A stretch of DNA of 63,914 nt, the filler included, from Octopus bimaculoides (Eukaryota), in NCBI RefSeq assembly GCF_001194135.2. It is 5 parts of 4 records of this genome, joined end to end, with 100 filler letters (N's around TTAATTAATTAA, not from the genome) between each part and the next. Parts side by side here need not be neighbours in the genome. Positions count along the whole stretch, not along the records: positions 1 to 18,183 come from NC_068987.1; positions 18,284 to 34,659 come from NC_068984.1; 3 more parts are not named here. The stretch is one strand, 5' to 3'. Both the position numbers and the translations under genes were made by a program. The notes beneath the pieces are model-generated. The model worked only from the letters and a program-made list of their open reading frames with translations, did not search any database and had not been told where the DNA came from. Below, in pieces: positions 12,656-24,109 of this stretch. How positions within the stretch are numbered: position 1 is the first letter of the stretch; every line of letters starts with the position of its first letter.

Positions 12656-13945
12656 ATTTACTTTTTGACCGATTACGAACCCCATAGGATTTTATTGTGG
12701 ATGAAGACCCGTTTGCTATAATACTTACACTCACCCATTTCAAATCTTAAAATGAAAACTTCTATGGATTATGTCAGGCACATGGACAAATGAAGAAGAT
12801 GGTTTGGAGCGGCCTGCCAAAATGGACACTGGGTGAAAGACGTTCTGCCTCAGTGCATGCAAAGAAAGAAGACTCATATTAAAGAAAGGAAATCATTAAC
12901 ATTTTTTCAGTCATGACATTACCATACAAAATGTTTGAGATTTTAGCACGGAAGCTTGTATTCTGTATAGTAATCAGAAATATGCAAATTTGAAGAATAC
13001 TTCCCCCTCATGTGATACAACGTAGTGTGAATCAGAGATATATTTTTCCGCTGCGTTTTCGTAAATATAAAAGTATTCGATAGGAATGACCATGCCTTCT
13101 CCGCCAAAGTGGTCTTCCTAAACAGAGTCACCTTTGATGATGTCTACAGATCACTAGCCGCTGCAATACATATTGGAGCCTATTCAGTGAGAGACATAAA
13201 CTGTCACCGAATATCGTGTTTTGTCAAGGAACATATTTATCGTAGCGCTTTTGGAGCTGCTATCATACTGCGGAGGTTGAAGACATTGCATGAAGTCTTG
13301 CAAAAGCGAAGACAAAGGATATCTTTGTCCTCGCATATCCGTCATGTCGTTGGACGCTTAGTAAATCAAAATGTCTGACAGTATCCTAGAGAAATAACGA
13401 GTAATAGTCGTTTCCAACTTGGAACTCGTGAGTTTCTTCCATATTGGACGAAGGTTTTTTGTGGCTGAACTGAAAGATATACTAAGGGGCTTCGTGTCTG
13501 CTTCGCACCAGAGATTTCCTGTACGTAATAATTTCTTTTGACAAATCATAAGAATTAATAACCTTAGATGGAGCTTTCTTTGAATAATTTTCATAGTTTC
13601 ACTAGTGTACTAGTAACTGATCGTAATGCTTTCTCTCCCTCAAAGATTCTCTGTCCAGTTGCAAGCATACATCCTTTCTCTTCACGGGAAAGGGAAACGT
13701 TTTCAGTATAAACAGCTCCATCTACAGCCAAAGGTCTTTCCAGTTGCCTCCGGAATTCTGCTGCTGATGTAGTGACTTTAGATTTGTGGCTTACATATTT
13801 GCCAAGATTACGAATCTACAACGATGACAAACTTGCCACTGTCATTGCACTTTTTGTTAATTTTATTTTTTCTTCTAATCATCCCATCCCCAATGCATAC
13901 TAATGGAATTACCATTACTATAATAATTCTCATCATATATTCAAA

Positions 13946-14066
13946 ATGTACCTGCCAGTTTCTACTGTACAACCAGAGACACGGCTGTCTTCAGATATGT
14001 GCAGCATTTGTGGGGTTTTTTTTGTATATGAATTCGTGTGTGAACTATATGCCATTTACTCAAGAG
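13946..14066 (+). CDS. Candidate first coding exon of the CUB-like gene (speculative)
   Basis: ATG 13946 opens MYLPVSTVQPETRLSSDMCSICGVFFVYEFVCELYAIYSR plus G, then GTTTGT at 14067. The phase-1 end joins exon 15132 in frame (G|GC = Gly). No homology support. Confidence 0.25.
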
Positions 14067-14454
14067 GTTTGTTTAATTGGTTCTATTGTAACTTTTATTT
14101 TTCGTCTGAGTATTGTTTGAGATAAATGAAATCGTGTATATTACATTACTGCGTAAAAAATATGCATTGTACGTGTTCTGTTAGCTGTATTTGTGTCAAA
14201 TTATGATTGTCATCGTGAACTGATTCCATTTGAGGACTATAATATATCAGTGAGAGGAATTGTATAGAATATGAGATCTATTAGTTATTGACGATGTGAG
14301 GGGTGTGCTTTATAATTAAATATCAGTTACTTAAGTTTCTATATCGGCATATATTATTTTAACATTGAACGGCTTATGTTTAGAGTATGTATTATGAGAC
14401 TTGTGTTAATTAGTGAACGATACGTGTATAAAGCAAATATTGTGAAAAGCGGAA

Positions 14455-14900
14455 CTATTCGAATTCTACTATTGAAATATCAATATTTTGCGTTAGATGT
14501 AATGTCTGCTCTCCAACATAATGCATTGTTTTAGTCCGTGAATAAGTGCGAGCGCTTCTATGTTTCACTATTCCTTTTTGTATCACAGCTAGTGCTCCAA
14601 TTCTTGGTAGTACTGCTTTTACTATCTTACTCAACATCTCGAATACTATAATTCCAATATTCTATTAGTGTTGTCGATCCCCTTCTTTGCGATATTTTAG
14701 TCAGATGGAATACCAGATGTTTTAGTTAGATGCAATACCAACCATAGAACAGCAATCAAAGAATATTGCTCCAGTCCTTGATAATATCTTTCGTAGTTAA
14801 ATTTATCTTCCTATCTCTCTGGAAGGGCTTGTCCAAGTTAGTCTTTACCAATCGGGTTTCCGTACAATGATCCGCATATCTTTATAATAATTTTCCCCTA
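14455..14900 (-). pseudogene. Highly decayed R4/Dong-type LINE 3' fragment
   Basis: Minus-strand RKPDW, GIPSD*NIAKKGIDNTNRILEL, KAVLPRIGALAVIQKGIVKH resemble the RLE domain P.D..I..KE.EK..KY.DL / P.VIGALG.I.K. Confidence 0.55.
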
Positions 14901-15131
14901 CCCAAAAAGTAAGCATATGAAAATAAGTTTTATAACTGATTCACTTATGTTTGTAAGTGTTCTTGCAAATTGCTCAAACAATGCAGACATTTATAATCTC
15001 TATTATTTAATTCACTTGATATACAAATATGTAATAGCACATATTATCATATATTATCAATAAAAAAATATTTTTGTGTTTAGGTAGTGCATGTCAATGT
15101 ACCAATTAATGTTTTTTTTTTACACATCTAG

Positions 15132-15297
15132 GCACCATTACGTCGGATGGCGATTCCACATCTATGATATCTGACTTAAGTGCAGCGACGAGTATATGGC
15201 AAGTCGATTCTCCATCTGGTCAGCGAATTTACCTTCGACTGCATTCATTAGGAGATGACACTTCATGCACTGAAAGTATTGAACTTGTAGACTTCAG
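15132..15297 (+). CDS. Internal coding exon, divergent CUB-like domain protein
   Basis: T-rich tract and AG acceptor (15130-15131), GTAAGC donor at 15298, 166 nt stop-free, phase 1 to 2. Encodes (G)TITSDGDSTSMISDLSAATSIWQVDSPSGQRIYLRLHSLGDDTSCTESIELVDF, like the CUB pattern G.I.S...W.I..P.G.RI.L.F....C....I.D. Confidence 0.62.
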
Positions 15298-15479
15298 GTA
15301 AGCATTTCATTAATTTCTTCACGGTAAAATGTTTATTGTAGTTTATTTTGGGAACACGTATAAAATGAATCATTCTCCAAGTAAAACATACAAGCATATA
15401 AGCATATTGATATGTATAACTACGATCGTCGAAATATACTTAACTATAATTTTGATAGTTCTCCACATACACGCGTATG

Positions 15480-15547
<68 letters not shown>

Positions 15548-15833
15548 AACCTAATCGATAAGAAAAGAAAGAAAATTTACATCGGATTATGCGAAGGCGT
15601 TTTGAAATGACGTTATGCAAACCACGTGTCTTTATTTCCACAAATCGACAAAATCAAAACTTCTGGTATGAATTTTATTTACTCCTAACGAGTATAAAAA
15701 GCAAATGTGACCTCCGTGGTATTTGAATTCAGTTCTTAAAGCCAGAAGAAATGTTAATTATTTTGTCCGACGGACTAGTGATTGGGCATTATCATATCAC
15801 CTTCTACATTTATAATTGCTATTATTAAATATA

Positions 15834-17463
15834 TACTGAGTCCAACATTATTAGGCAAATCAACCTTCTCTCAATGAATAAATGTATATTCGTTCAAAAC
15901 CAGTTCTTTTTCCACTGAATGTTGGTAACACATGTCTGCACACATTCTGTTAAAATAAACCGGATCTGCACAGACACCAATAACTGGCGGCCATTTTTGT
16001 TATTGGGCAACATTTCCACCGTCACAAATTATTAGGCAAGTATAAAAAATTGATAATTGTGTCAGAACTAAGGTTTATTTAATTTAATAGTAAAAGTCTA
16101 ACAAAAATATGTTCATAAAAGCCTAAATGGTAAACAAAATAATAAGTTCGTATGAAAATAATCGGGGGATTATGACATCATACAATTCCTAATGTTTGAT
16201 GTATGGTCCTTCACATGCAATTATATTCTTTATGCGCCAATCCATTGAATTTGTCAAGGTGATGATATCTTCTTGTGTCATGCTTAGAGCAGCATCTACA
16301 ATAGCATCCCAGAGGGCAACTTTACTTGAAATCTTGGTAAGCATGCTTCTTCAGGATTCAGGACACTCCACAGGTTCTCGCGCTCGGGTTTAAGTCAGAG
16401 AAGCAAAGTGGCCACCTCATGAAACAGCCTCCAGAAGGTTGTGGAAAAGGAGGAGATAAGGAGTACAGAGGGAAATATGTGAATGAAAGTAGAAATATGA
16501 TATTTGCTGAAGGTATTCTTTAGAATTATTTACTGCATGAGACGGAGCATTATCTTGCATGAAGACCAGCTTTCTCTTGAATGAAAGTTTTTGCTTTTTG
16601 AACCACTCTTGAACCACCCTTTAAGAAGGTAATATATGTTTTCGACATCCTCTTAACCCATTTGGAACTTTCTGTGTCTTGACCATCATACCACCAACGA
16701 TGTCATCCCTCCAAAATTCCCCACCTAGCCTCTGTTGGCGTCTCAAATGATGAGAACGGTTCACGCTGATTGATACCCAACCTTTATTCCAGCCATCTGG
16801 CCCATCAAGGGTAGCACGGCATCCGTGAGTGAATAGAACTGTTGAAAAACCTATCTTCATGTATTTCTCTGCCCATTTCAGTCTTTTCTGCTTATGAACA
16901 GCTTTCGTAGTGGGCTTTATAACACGATTAACATTCCTAGCTACTACTTCAAAAGGCGACACCTGATAGTTTTCTATATGTCCTCCTAGGTACAACGTTA
17001 GAAGACTTTTCTACTTGTAGGACGTGGGTTCCGCAGAACTTCCCTTTTCACACGTGATAAAGTACTAGTAGAAGCAACCCTCAACTTGCCTTATCGGCTC
17101 TCAACCGGATAGAAATAGGAGACTGCACAAATATCTTCACTTTTAGGTGATGTCTTTCCATTATTTTTTATATTTCTATGGTTGTTTTACCTTCTCTAAG
17201 CTCTGACACGATGGTAGACTTCTCATTCAATGTAAGATCGCGTTTCTGTCTCATAATGACACTTGAATTGGGAACCCGTCTAATAATTTGAGACATCAGA
17301 GCTGTTGCTGCCACATGATATTGGCTGCCGTTTGTTTACGTCTGCGCAGATTTATTTTAACAGAATGTGCGCAGAGATGTGTTGCCAAAAATCAGTGGGG
17401 GAAAAAACTGGTTTTGAATGAATATACAGAAGATTGATTTGCCTAAAGATGTGGGACGCAGTG
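15834..17463 (-). mobile_element. Tc1-like transposon, full length with long TIRs, transposase pseudogene (~16189-17254)
   Basis: TA flanks at 15832-15833 and 17464-17465; ~170 bp inverted termini (tactgagtccaacattattaggcaaatcaa / ttgatttgcctaaagatgtgggacgcagtg). Peptides MRQKRDLTLNEK, RLKWAEKYMK..VLFTHGCRATLDGPDGW, FMQDNAPSHA, DLNP..ENLWS; stops and frameshifts. Confidence 0.9.
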
Positions 17464-18135
17464 TAGTTTTTTTTTTCTTTGATATAATCTACGCGCATTT
17501 CTTTAGAATAAACCATGAGTATATCTTCAGTTTAGTGCCAAAAATAATACGTTTAACATTTCGAACGCCATGGTATTCATTCAATAAACACACAGTGTTT
17601 AATGTATTGTTTTTAAGGCTAAGTTTGAATAAATACACAGAGTGTACATCGTAAAATGTGTATATCATTAATTTATTATTATGACTTTATTATTTTAATC
17701 GTAATATTAATAATTTTAATTGTGAAATTTATTTCAAATATTGGCATATAAACGTTTATAACAAAAGAAAGATATAACCATAAATTCCAGTCTTTGATTT
17801 AATTATTCATTCTCTGCGATCAATTCAATTAAACCGAAATTTCAGGTTGTATAGGTAATTATCTCATTTAAGGTAACTCATGTATGGATATACAGTTGAT
17901 AAGTTTCATATTTAACAGCGTGGAATATTTATCGCGGATATATATATATATATATATATATATTTACACGCAGGCACACACACACACACACACAAACATA
18001 TATATCTATGTGCTGTCCCAGAGCAGTTACTCTTCATTCCTTCTTCTTCCGGTCACTTAAGAAATGTAACGGCATGTATTTGCTTGTTGGCGATCTTTTT
18101 TTCCCACTTTCGTCTTGGGTTTTCCTGTGTCTCCT

Positions 18136-18169
18136 TCTTCCGAAGAAGAGCATGCTCGAAATGTAAAAA
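18136..18169 (+). ncRNA. Degenerate Penelope-type minimal hammerhead ribozyme motif
   Basis: CCGAAGA-A-GAGC-AT-GCTC-GAAA-TGT-A: the core differs from CUGANGA at U4, and the ACGU palindrome is mutated to AUGU. Confidence 0.35.
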
Positions 18170-19138
18170 TACTACTTTTTCTTNNNNNNNNNNNNNNNNN
18201 NNNNNNNNNNNNNNNNNNNNNNNNNNNTTAATTAATTAANNNNNNNNNNNNNNNNNNNNNNNNNNNNNNNNNNNNNNNNNNNNTATATATATATATACAA
18301 ATACACACACACACATACACATGTATGTATGTATGTATGTATGTATGTATGTATGTACGTATGTATAGAAGTGTATATGCATACATACACACATACACAC
18401 ACACACATGTATGTACGTATGTATGTATGCATGCATATATCTCCCATCTTTGTTGCTCTCTCTTTCTCTCTCTCCCTCTCGCTTTCTTCCTCGCTCTCTT
18501 TTTCTCATTTTCTATGACAAACCAATACTCCGTCTGCTATTATTCTTTTCTCTTTGCTATTTCAATGCGTATGATTATCAAAAATACATTCACTGTTTTG
18601 GAACTAACTCTTCATTGTAACATAATGCCACTTTTCTTTGGACATTTATTTATTTACGAAGTAGAACCACTCCACCAACCACCAGCAGCCCCGCCACGCC
18701 ACCACCACCACCACCACCACCACCATCACCACCATCACCACCACCACTCCACTTTCTTACTACACTTCGTTTAATTGTATTTCTTTTTTACCGTCACACA
18801 CATACGTATAGGCGTATGTATATGCATGTACATGCGTGTGTATATGTGTATATATTTATACACACACAGACACAAACATGCATACACAGACACAGGCATA
18901 TACATACATAACACACACAGAAGCTTATACGTATATATGTATATACATATGTACACAAATGCACATGCAAATATGTGTTTCCACACACATACACACACAT
19001 GAATACACTTATATCTGAGCATGCATACTGAGATTTGTTATCATATATCGGTCCGTATATATCTTTATTTATCTATTTATCTACCTAGCTATTTATCTAT
19101 TCTCTTTCTCTCTCTTTAACTCTCTTTAATTCTCTCTC

Positions 19139-19198
<60 letters not shown>

Positions 19199-19764
19199 TC
19201 ACCCCTTTTCCTTCTTTCTCTCCCACTTCCTTCCTGTCTTGCCTCCGTTCTCTTTCTCCTTCATTCGCGTTTATTCATTTACCCGTGTCATCATAGTTAT
19301 TATTCACTTCGTTGACGCTATGAATAGATGCTGATATAATTTGGAGGCACCTCGAACGAAAACCTCCCAGGAGGTCATAGTCTTACAGACTCGACTGAAT
19401 CAAGAGGATTTAACGACTTAATACTGTTGTCTTATAAAGGCGCGATGAAGTAGCCGAAACGTTGGAGGGGGTAGATGAATCTCGTACAATATACAGCATT
19501 TTGCCTCAAGTTTATTCGCCTACCCTTATACAAGGATACTCGCCAGGCTCTGTACAGCAGCCAATTCTAACTTACATCAAAATTCATTATCTTACAAAGG
19601 ATATTTGGATAACGCAGTCCTAGATACATTAAACAAAAAAAGTCATAATAAAAGGTAGGGTTTGTGATGGCTGGAATGCAACTAGGAGTCGAATCGGCAG
19701 AGGCTTGATAGCATGTAAAATACGTAGGGGTACTAGAAATACTTGTCTTGGTTATTTACGTTGT

Positions 19765-19830
19765 GAGTATTAATTCCGCTGAGATCAACTTTGCCTTTAA
19801 TTTTTCCGTGGTCGATAAAATAAAGCAATA
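19765..19830 (+). mobile_element. SINE family B partial copy
   Basis: ttacgttgtgagtattaattccgctgagatcaactttgcctttaa..gtcgataaaataa. Confidence 0.55.
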
Positions 19831-20039
19831 ATCTAGGATGGCGAACTCGTGTTATTGCGGCAACATTGAACAGAATCGTTTGCTCTATTTTTCCCGGTTT
19901 CTTGTGTTCCGAGTGCCCAAATAGGTGTAGGGAACGTGTCTTATCTAGCCGACTAAAAGGTAACCTTAAAGTAAAAATACCCGAAAGAAGTTAACAAGAA
20001 TCATTTGTATTCTCTCACAAAAACACCACAACAAGACCA

Positions 20040-20260
20040 AGGAAGTCAGCCGGGGCAACGTTGAAGAGTTGGGATGAGAGCTCATTCTCCTGTCGCAACC
20101 CTCATGGCATGAAAGCTCTGAAAGAAGAAATGCATTTGTGGAGATATCTGAAGATTTAATGTTAACCTTTGTTTTCTTAGCAGATTGATATTCAGCCAAT
20201 GTGGCGAAATGTTAGATGCATTACGATGCCAGATAGAATGGCATGCAGTATCTACTCTGG
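20040..20260 (+). pseudogene. Possible hAT (Buster/Charlie-type) transposase remnant
   Basis: SRGNV..ELG*EL..EDLMLTFVFLAD(IFS) loosely resembles hAT RWLSRG.VL.R..ELR...LAYLADIF. Confidence 0.3.
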
Positions 20261-20965
20261 CTCCCTGCGTTTTAATTTCATAGCTCACCAGAGTTAACAT
20301 CGGTTTTCATTTCGAGGCTGATAAAAAAATGTACCATTTTTCAATATCGAATTTTCAAAACTGTTAGGGCAGACGAAAAGCTTCGCAGTGTTTGTTTCTG
20401 CTTCTTGCATTTTTAGAGCAGCGCCTGCGACGACACTAGCGCTAGTGTTTATTGGCCCAAGTCGGTGGCCTTTCCTCTGGATATACATCGATAACATAGA
20501 ACAAGAGACATGGACAACTCTCTCTCTCTCTCACACACACACACACATATACACACACATACACTCATATATATAATCCCCAAACGAGTCAACACGGGAT
20601 CTCCTAACGACAGTGTGAACTTCAAGGTATGCTTGACCTGAAAAGAAGCTTGCGGTCTACACCTCGTTTGGATAATTTACTACTTTCAAGGTTCCACTCG
20701 CTATGAAACATATGTAGCCTGGATTTTATCTACTCCATTCTCTAGTTTTTGGACATTTACTTGCATATACAACAACCCCTGTTGCTAACCGTGAAATATA
20801 AAACGAACTTTCTTTTTTCAGCTTATTGTACTCCGATACGGGAAAAATTCACAACCTTCTGCGTCAACAAACCACTGTTGCTCCTGAAAGTTGTTTTTTA
20901 TATCTTCTACGGATTGTTTGAAGCTCACTGACTTCCTACAAATTTATCCTTGGATCTTACATTTA

Positions 20966-22086
20966 CATAGCTCAAGAAAAAGCAATGCAGTTAACTAAAG
21001 TATGCACCTAAATTTTCAACAAAATTTTGCCATTTTATCGATTGCTTATTTATGCCGACAGCGAAGAATTCTGGAAAGCAAGAGATGATGAAATCATGAA
21101 AGGCTGTTTTCGTTCTTCAGATTTGAAGTTTTTTCCTTGCAAAACGTTGTCTAAAGTCTGGAAAACATGATAGTCAGTTGGTGCAAGGTCTGGTGAATAT
21201 GGTGGATGACAGAGTATTTACAAATTCAGTTCCTGTAACTAGAGTTGCGTTCTTTGCGCAACATGTGGTCGAGCATTGTCTTGCAGGAAAATTGGTTGTC
21301 TCTATTAACCAATCTCGGTTGTTAAATTGCAAGCTCACTCATCATTTCATCCAATTGATTGATGTATACGTCCGCTGCTATTGACTTACCAGGTCACATG
21401 AAGCTGGAGCGGATGACACCAGTGCTGGACCACCAAACAGACACTATTAGATTTTTTTGGTGAATATTCTTTTTTGGATTGTGTTTTGTCACATCGTCTC
21501 TACACAACCACCGTGCAGAAGACTTGCTACTGTTGATAAGAATCCATTTTTCATCACACGTAACAGTACGATACACAAATGGTTCGCTTTTATGCCGTGA
21601 CATCAAAGAACAGCAAGTTTAAAGACGACGTGTTGTTTGATGCTCGTTCAGTTCGTGTGATACTTACTTGTCCAGCTTCTTTACCTTGCTTGTTCGTTTC
21701 AGACGGTCAAATGCAGTTGGAATCGAAACATCAAAACTTACTGCTAACTCACACGTAGTTTAAGATGCATCTGCTTCCACTACAGTTTCCAGCTCATCAT
21801 TATCCACCTTAATCTCAGGTCTATCACGGGGGTGATTTCCAAGAATAAAGTCACCAGACCCGAACTTCGCAAACCATCGACGTATCCTACGGTCATTTGC
21901 CACGTCTTCACCAAACACTACATTGATGTTTTGAGCTGTCTGGGATGCATTGGTTCCACGACGGAACTCATATTTATAAACAACACGAATTTTTTTTTAT
22001 CTATCCATGGGTTCACAAAAATTGATTTACAAGATAAAATTAAAAACATAAACAAGACACCATGAACTGCATTTCGAAAAGTTATG
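20966..22086 (-). mobile_element. Mariner transposon, near full length, transposase pseudogene (ATG 22008)
   Basis: KIRVVYKYEFRRGTNASQTAQNINVVFG, RTVTCDEKWIL, VSVWWSSTGVI, DNARPHV, HPPYSPDLAPTDYHVF (mariner DDD motifs); degenerate TIRs 20966-20992 and 22065-22086. Confidence 0.9.
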
Positions 22087-22663
22087 ACGTAACTCTTGAA
22101 TATAGTAAAACAAAGAATTGTCAGGATAAAACATTAGAGTTAACGACTGTCAAACTTGGTGCCAAAAAATTCTGATATTTCATTCTTAATGGACTTGAAA
22201 TAAATAAATAAATATATATATATATATATATANNNNNNNNNNNNNNNNNNNNNNNNNNNNNNNNNNNNNNNNNNNNNNNNNNNNNNNNNNNNNNNNNNNN
22301 NNNNNNNNNNNNNNNNNNNNNNNNNNNNNNNNNNNNNNNNNNNNNNNNNNNNNNNNNNNNNNNNNNNNNNNNNNNNNNNNNNNNNNNNNNNNNNNNNNNN
22401 NNNNNNNNNNNNNNNNNNNNNNNNNNNNNNNNNNNNNNNNNNNNNNNNNNNNNNNNNNNNNNNNNNNNNNNNNNNNNNNNNNNNNNNNNNNNNNNNNNNN
22501 NNNNNNNNNNNNNNNNNNNNNNNNNNNNNNNNNNNNNNNNNNNNNNNNNNNNNNNNNNNNNNNNNNNNNNNNCAAAAGCAATATGGATATGAGCATGACT
22601 TTTTAAACCAGCACGTGATCTAGCTTGTGGACAATGGTGGTTTACTTGTATGGATTAGTAACA

Positions 22664-22734
<71 letters not shown>

Positions 22735-22918
22735 TAGTTGAATATCCCTACTTATATGGAGGATAACAAACTTAAAATATCTATTTGAAGACCACTTTTA
22801 AGCGCGAAACTCACTACAGAGTCTCCATATGTAATCACCAAATAATGTATTAACATCAAATGTCTAAAGTAGATTATTAGGAAAACCATTTCTATTCCTT
22901 TTTTCAACTACACACACA

Positions 22919-23002
<84 letters not shown>

Positions 23003-23888
23003 ACATTCTAAACTTATATTCTGTTTCTACCAGTAAACCCCTTTTTCCCTACTCAAGTATTTCTCCATATGTTTCTGAGACAGTTTTATCTCTTGCGTGT
23101 CAGGCTGATCTGAGATACGCTGATTTGCTTTATATCCTTGTCGCATTCTTTTCGGGCTTCTTTTCCAGTCGTTAGTTTGTTCTTTATTGATGATATTATT
23201 GGTTTGCTTTCGCTTACGAGTTGCTATTCGCCCAATATTTTCATATTTCACCTCTGCACAATACATAACGTTTGTGTCCTTGCGGCCAATAAAAAATTAA
23301 TTAAGATAGAGCGAGTAGTTTCTTTCTGTTTAGTAACTATAGTAAAAGAAACTGTGTGGTTGACCCGGTTGAAAGATTTAAGGACAGTTTTCCCCTTTCA
23401 GGCCGAACCTTTATCACCTTTTTCAAGTACCACTTAAATGATGGAGATGAGGGGGGAGCAGGACGTGTTGTTCTCTAGTAATTTTTTGTTAGGTAAGAGA
23501 GAGTGGCGTAATTGGTGTGGCTAAATGGGCCCGAACTAACTTTGCGACTGTAAGTTGGCAGAAAGAACTGGGAGAATGCATTTGCCTTAGCTGTGTCAAG
23601 ATACTCCATGTTTATAATAAACAGCAACTTGAATCCCCCTTTGTGGCTGCTCCTCTACTTCTTTGTTGGGGTCGGGGGTGGGGTTCTTTCTAACTCTTAT
23701 TTTGCTCAGTACTGTTAATACTGTTAGTTATTTTCTATTAATCAACGTGTCTTTATTGTGAATGTTGATCTCAAGCTGTAACTGAATGCAAATCCATTCA
23801 ACCACCGCTGTTTCTTATTTGTTTTCTTTCGTTTTTTTGTTTTTGTGCTTACTGCAAACTTTCAGCTCCTTGTGCTCAAATAATGAAA

Positions 23889-24046
23889 TTCTTCTTCTTC
23901 TTCTTCTTCTTCTTCTTCTTCTTCTTCTTCTTCTTCTTCTTCTTCTTCTTCTCCTCCTCCTCCTCCTCCTCCTCCTCCTTCTTCTTCTTCTTCTTCTTCT
24001 TCTTCTTCTTCTTCTTCTTCTTCTTCTTCTTCTTCTTCTTCTTCTA

Positions 24047-24084
<38 letters not shown>

Positions 24085-24108
24085 CATTATTATTATTATT
24101 ATTATTAT
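23889..24108. repeat. Compound microsatellite (CTT)n-(CCT)n-(CTT)n-(ATT)n; the ATT part is the (AAT)n tail of the adjacent LINE
   Basis: Direct reading. Confidence 0.95.
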
Positions 24109-24109
24109 T

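Noticed and set aside
18228-18239. TTAATTAATTAA inside N runs, also at 34704-34715, 60913-60924 and 62702-62713
   Set aside because: Always 44 N + 12-mer + 44 N = 100 nt, and the 12-mer has stops in all six frames: an assembler gap spacer, not biological sequence or a spaced-repeat array
19443-19465. CGATGAAG-TAGC-CGAAACGTTGG hammerhead-like string
   Set aside because: Core lacks CU, stem II cannot form and there is no stem I; at most a heavily decayed relic
20822-20925. Strong acceptor (ttcttttttcAG) followed by short open frames
   Set aside because: No good donor, no domain similarity; such tracts are frequent in AT-rich DNA
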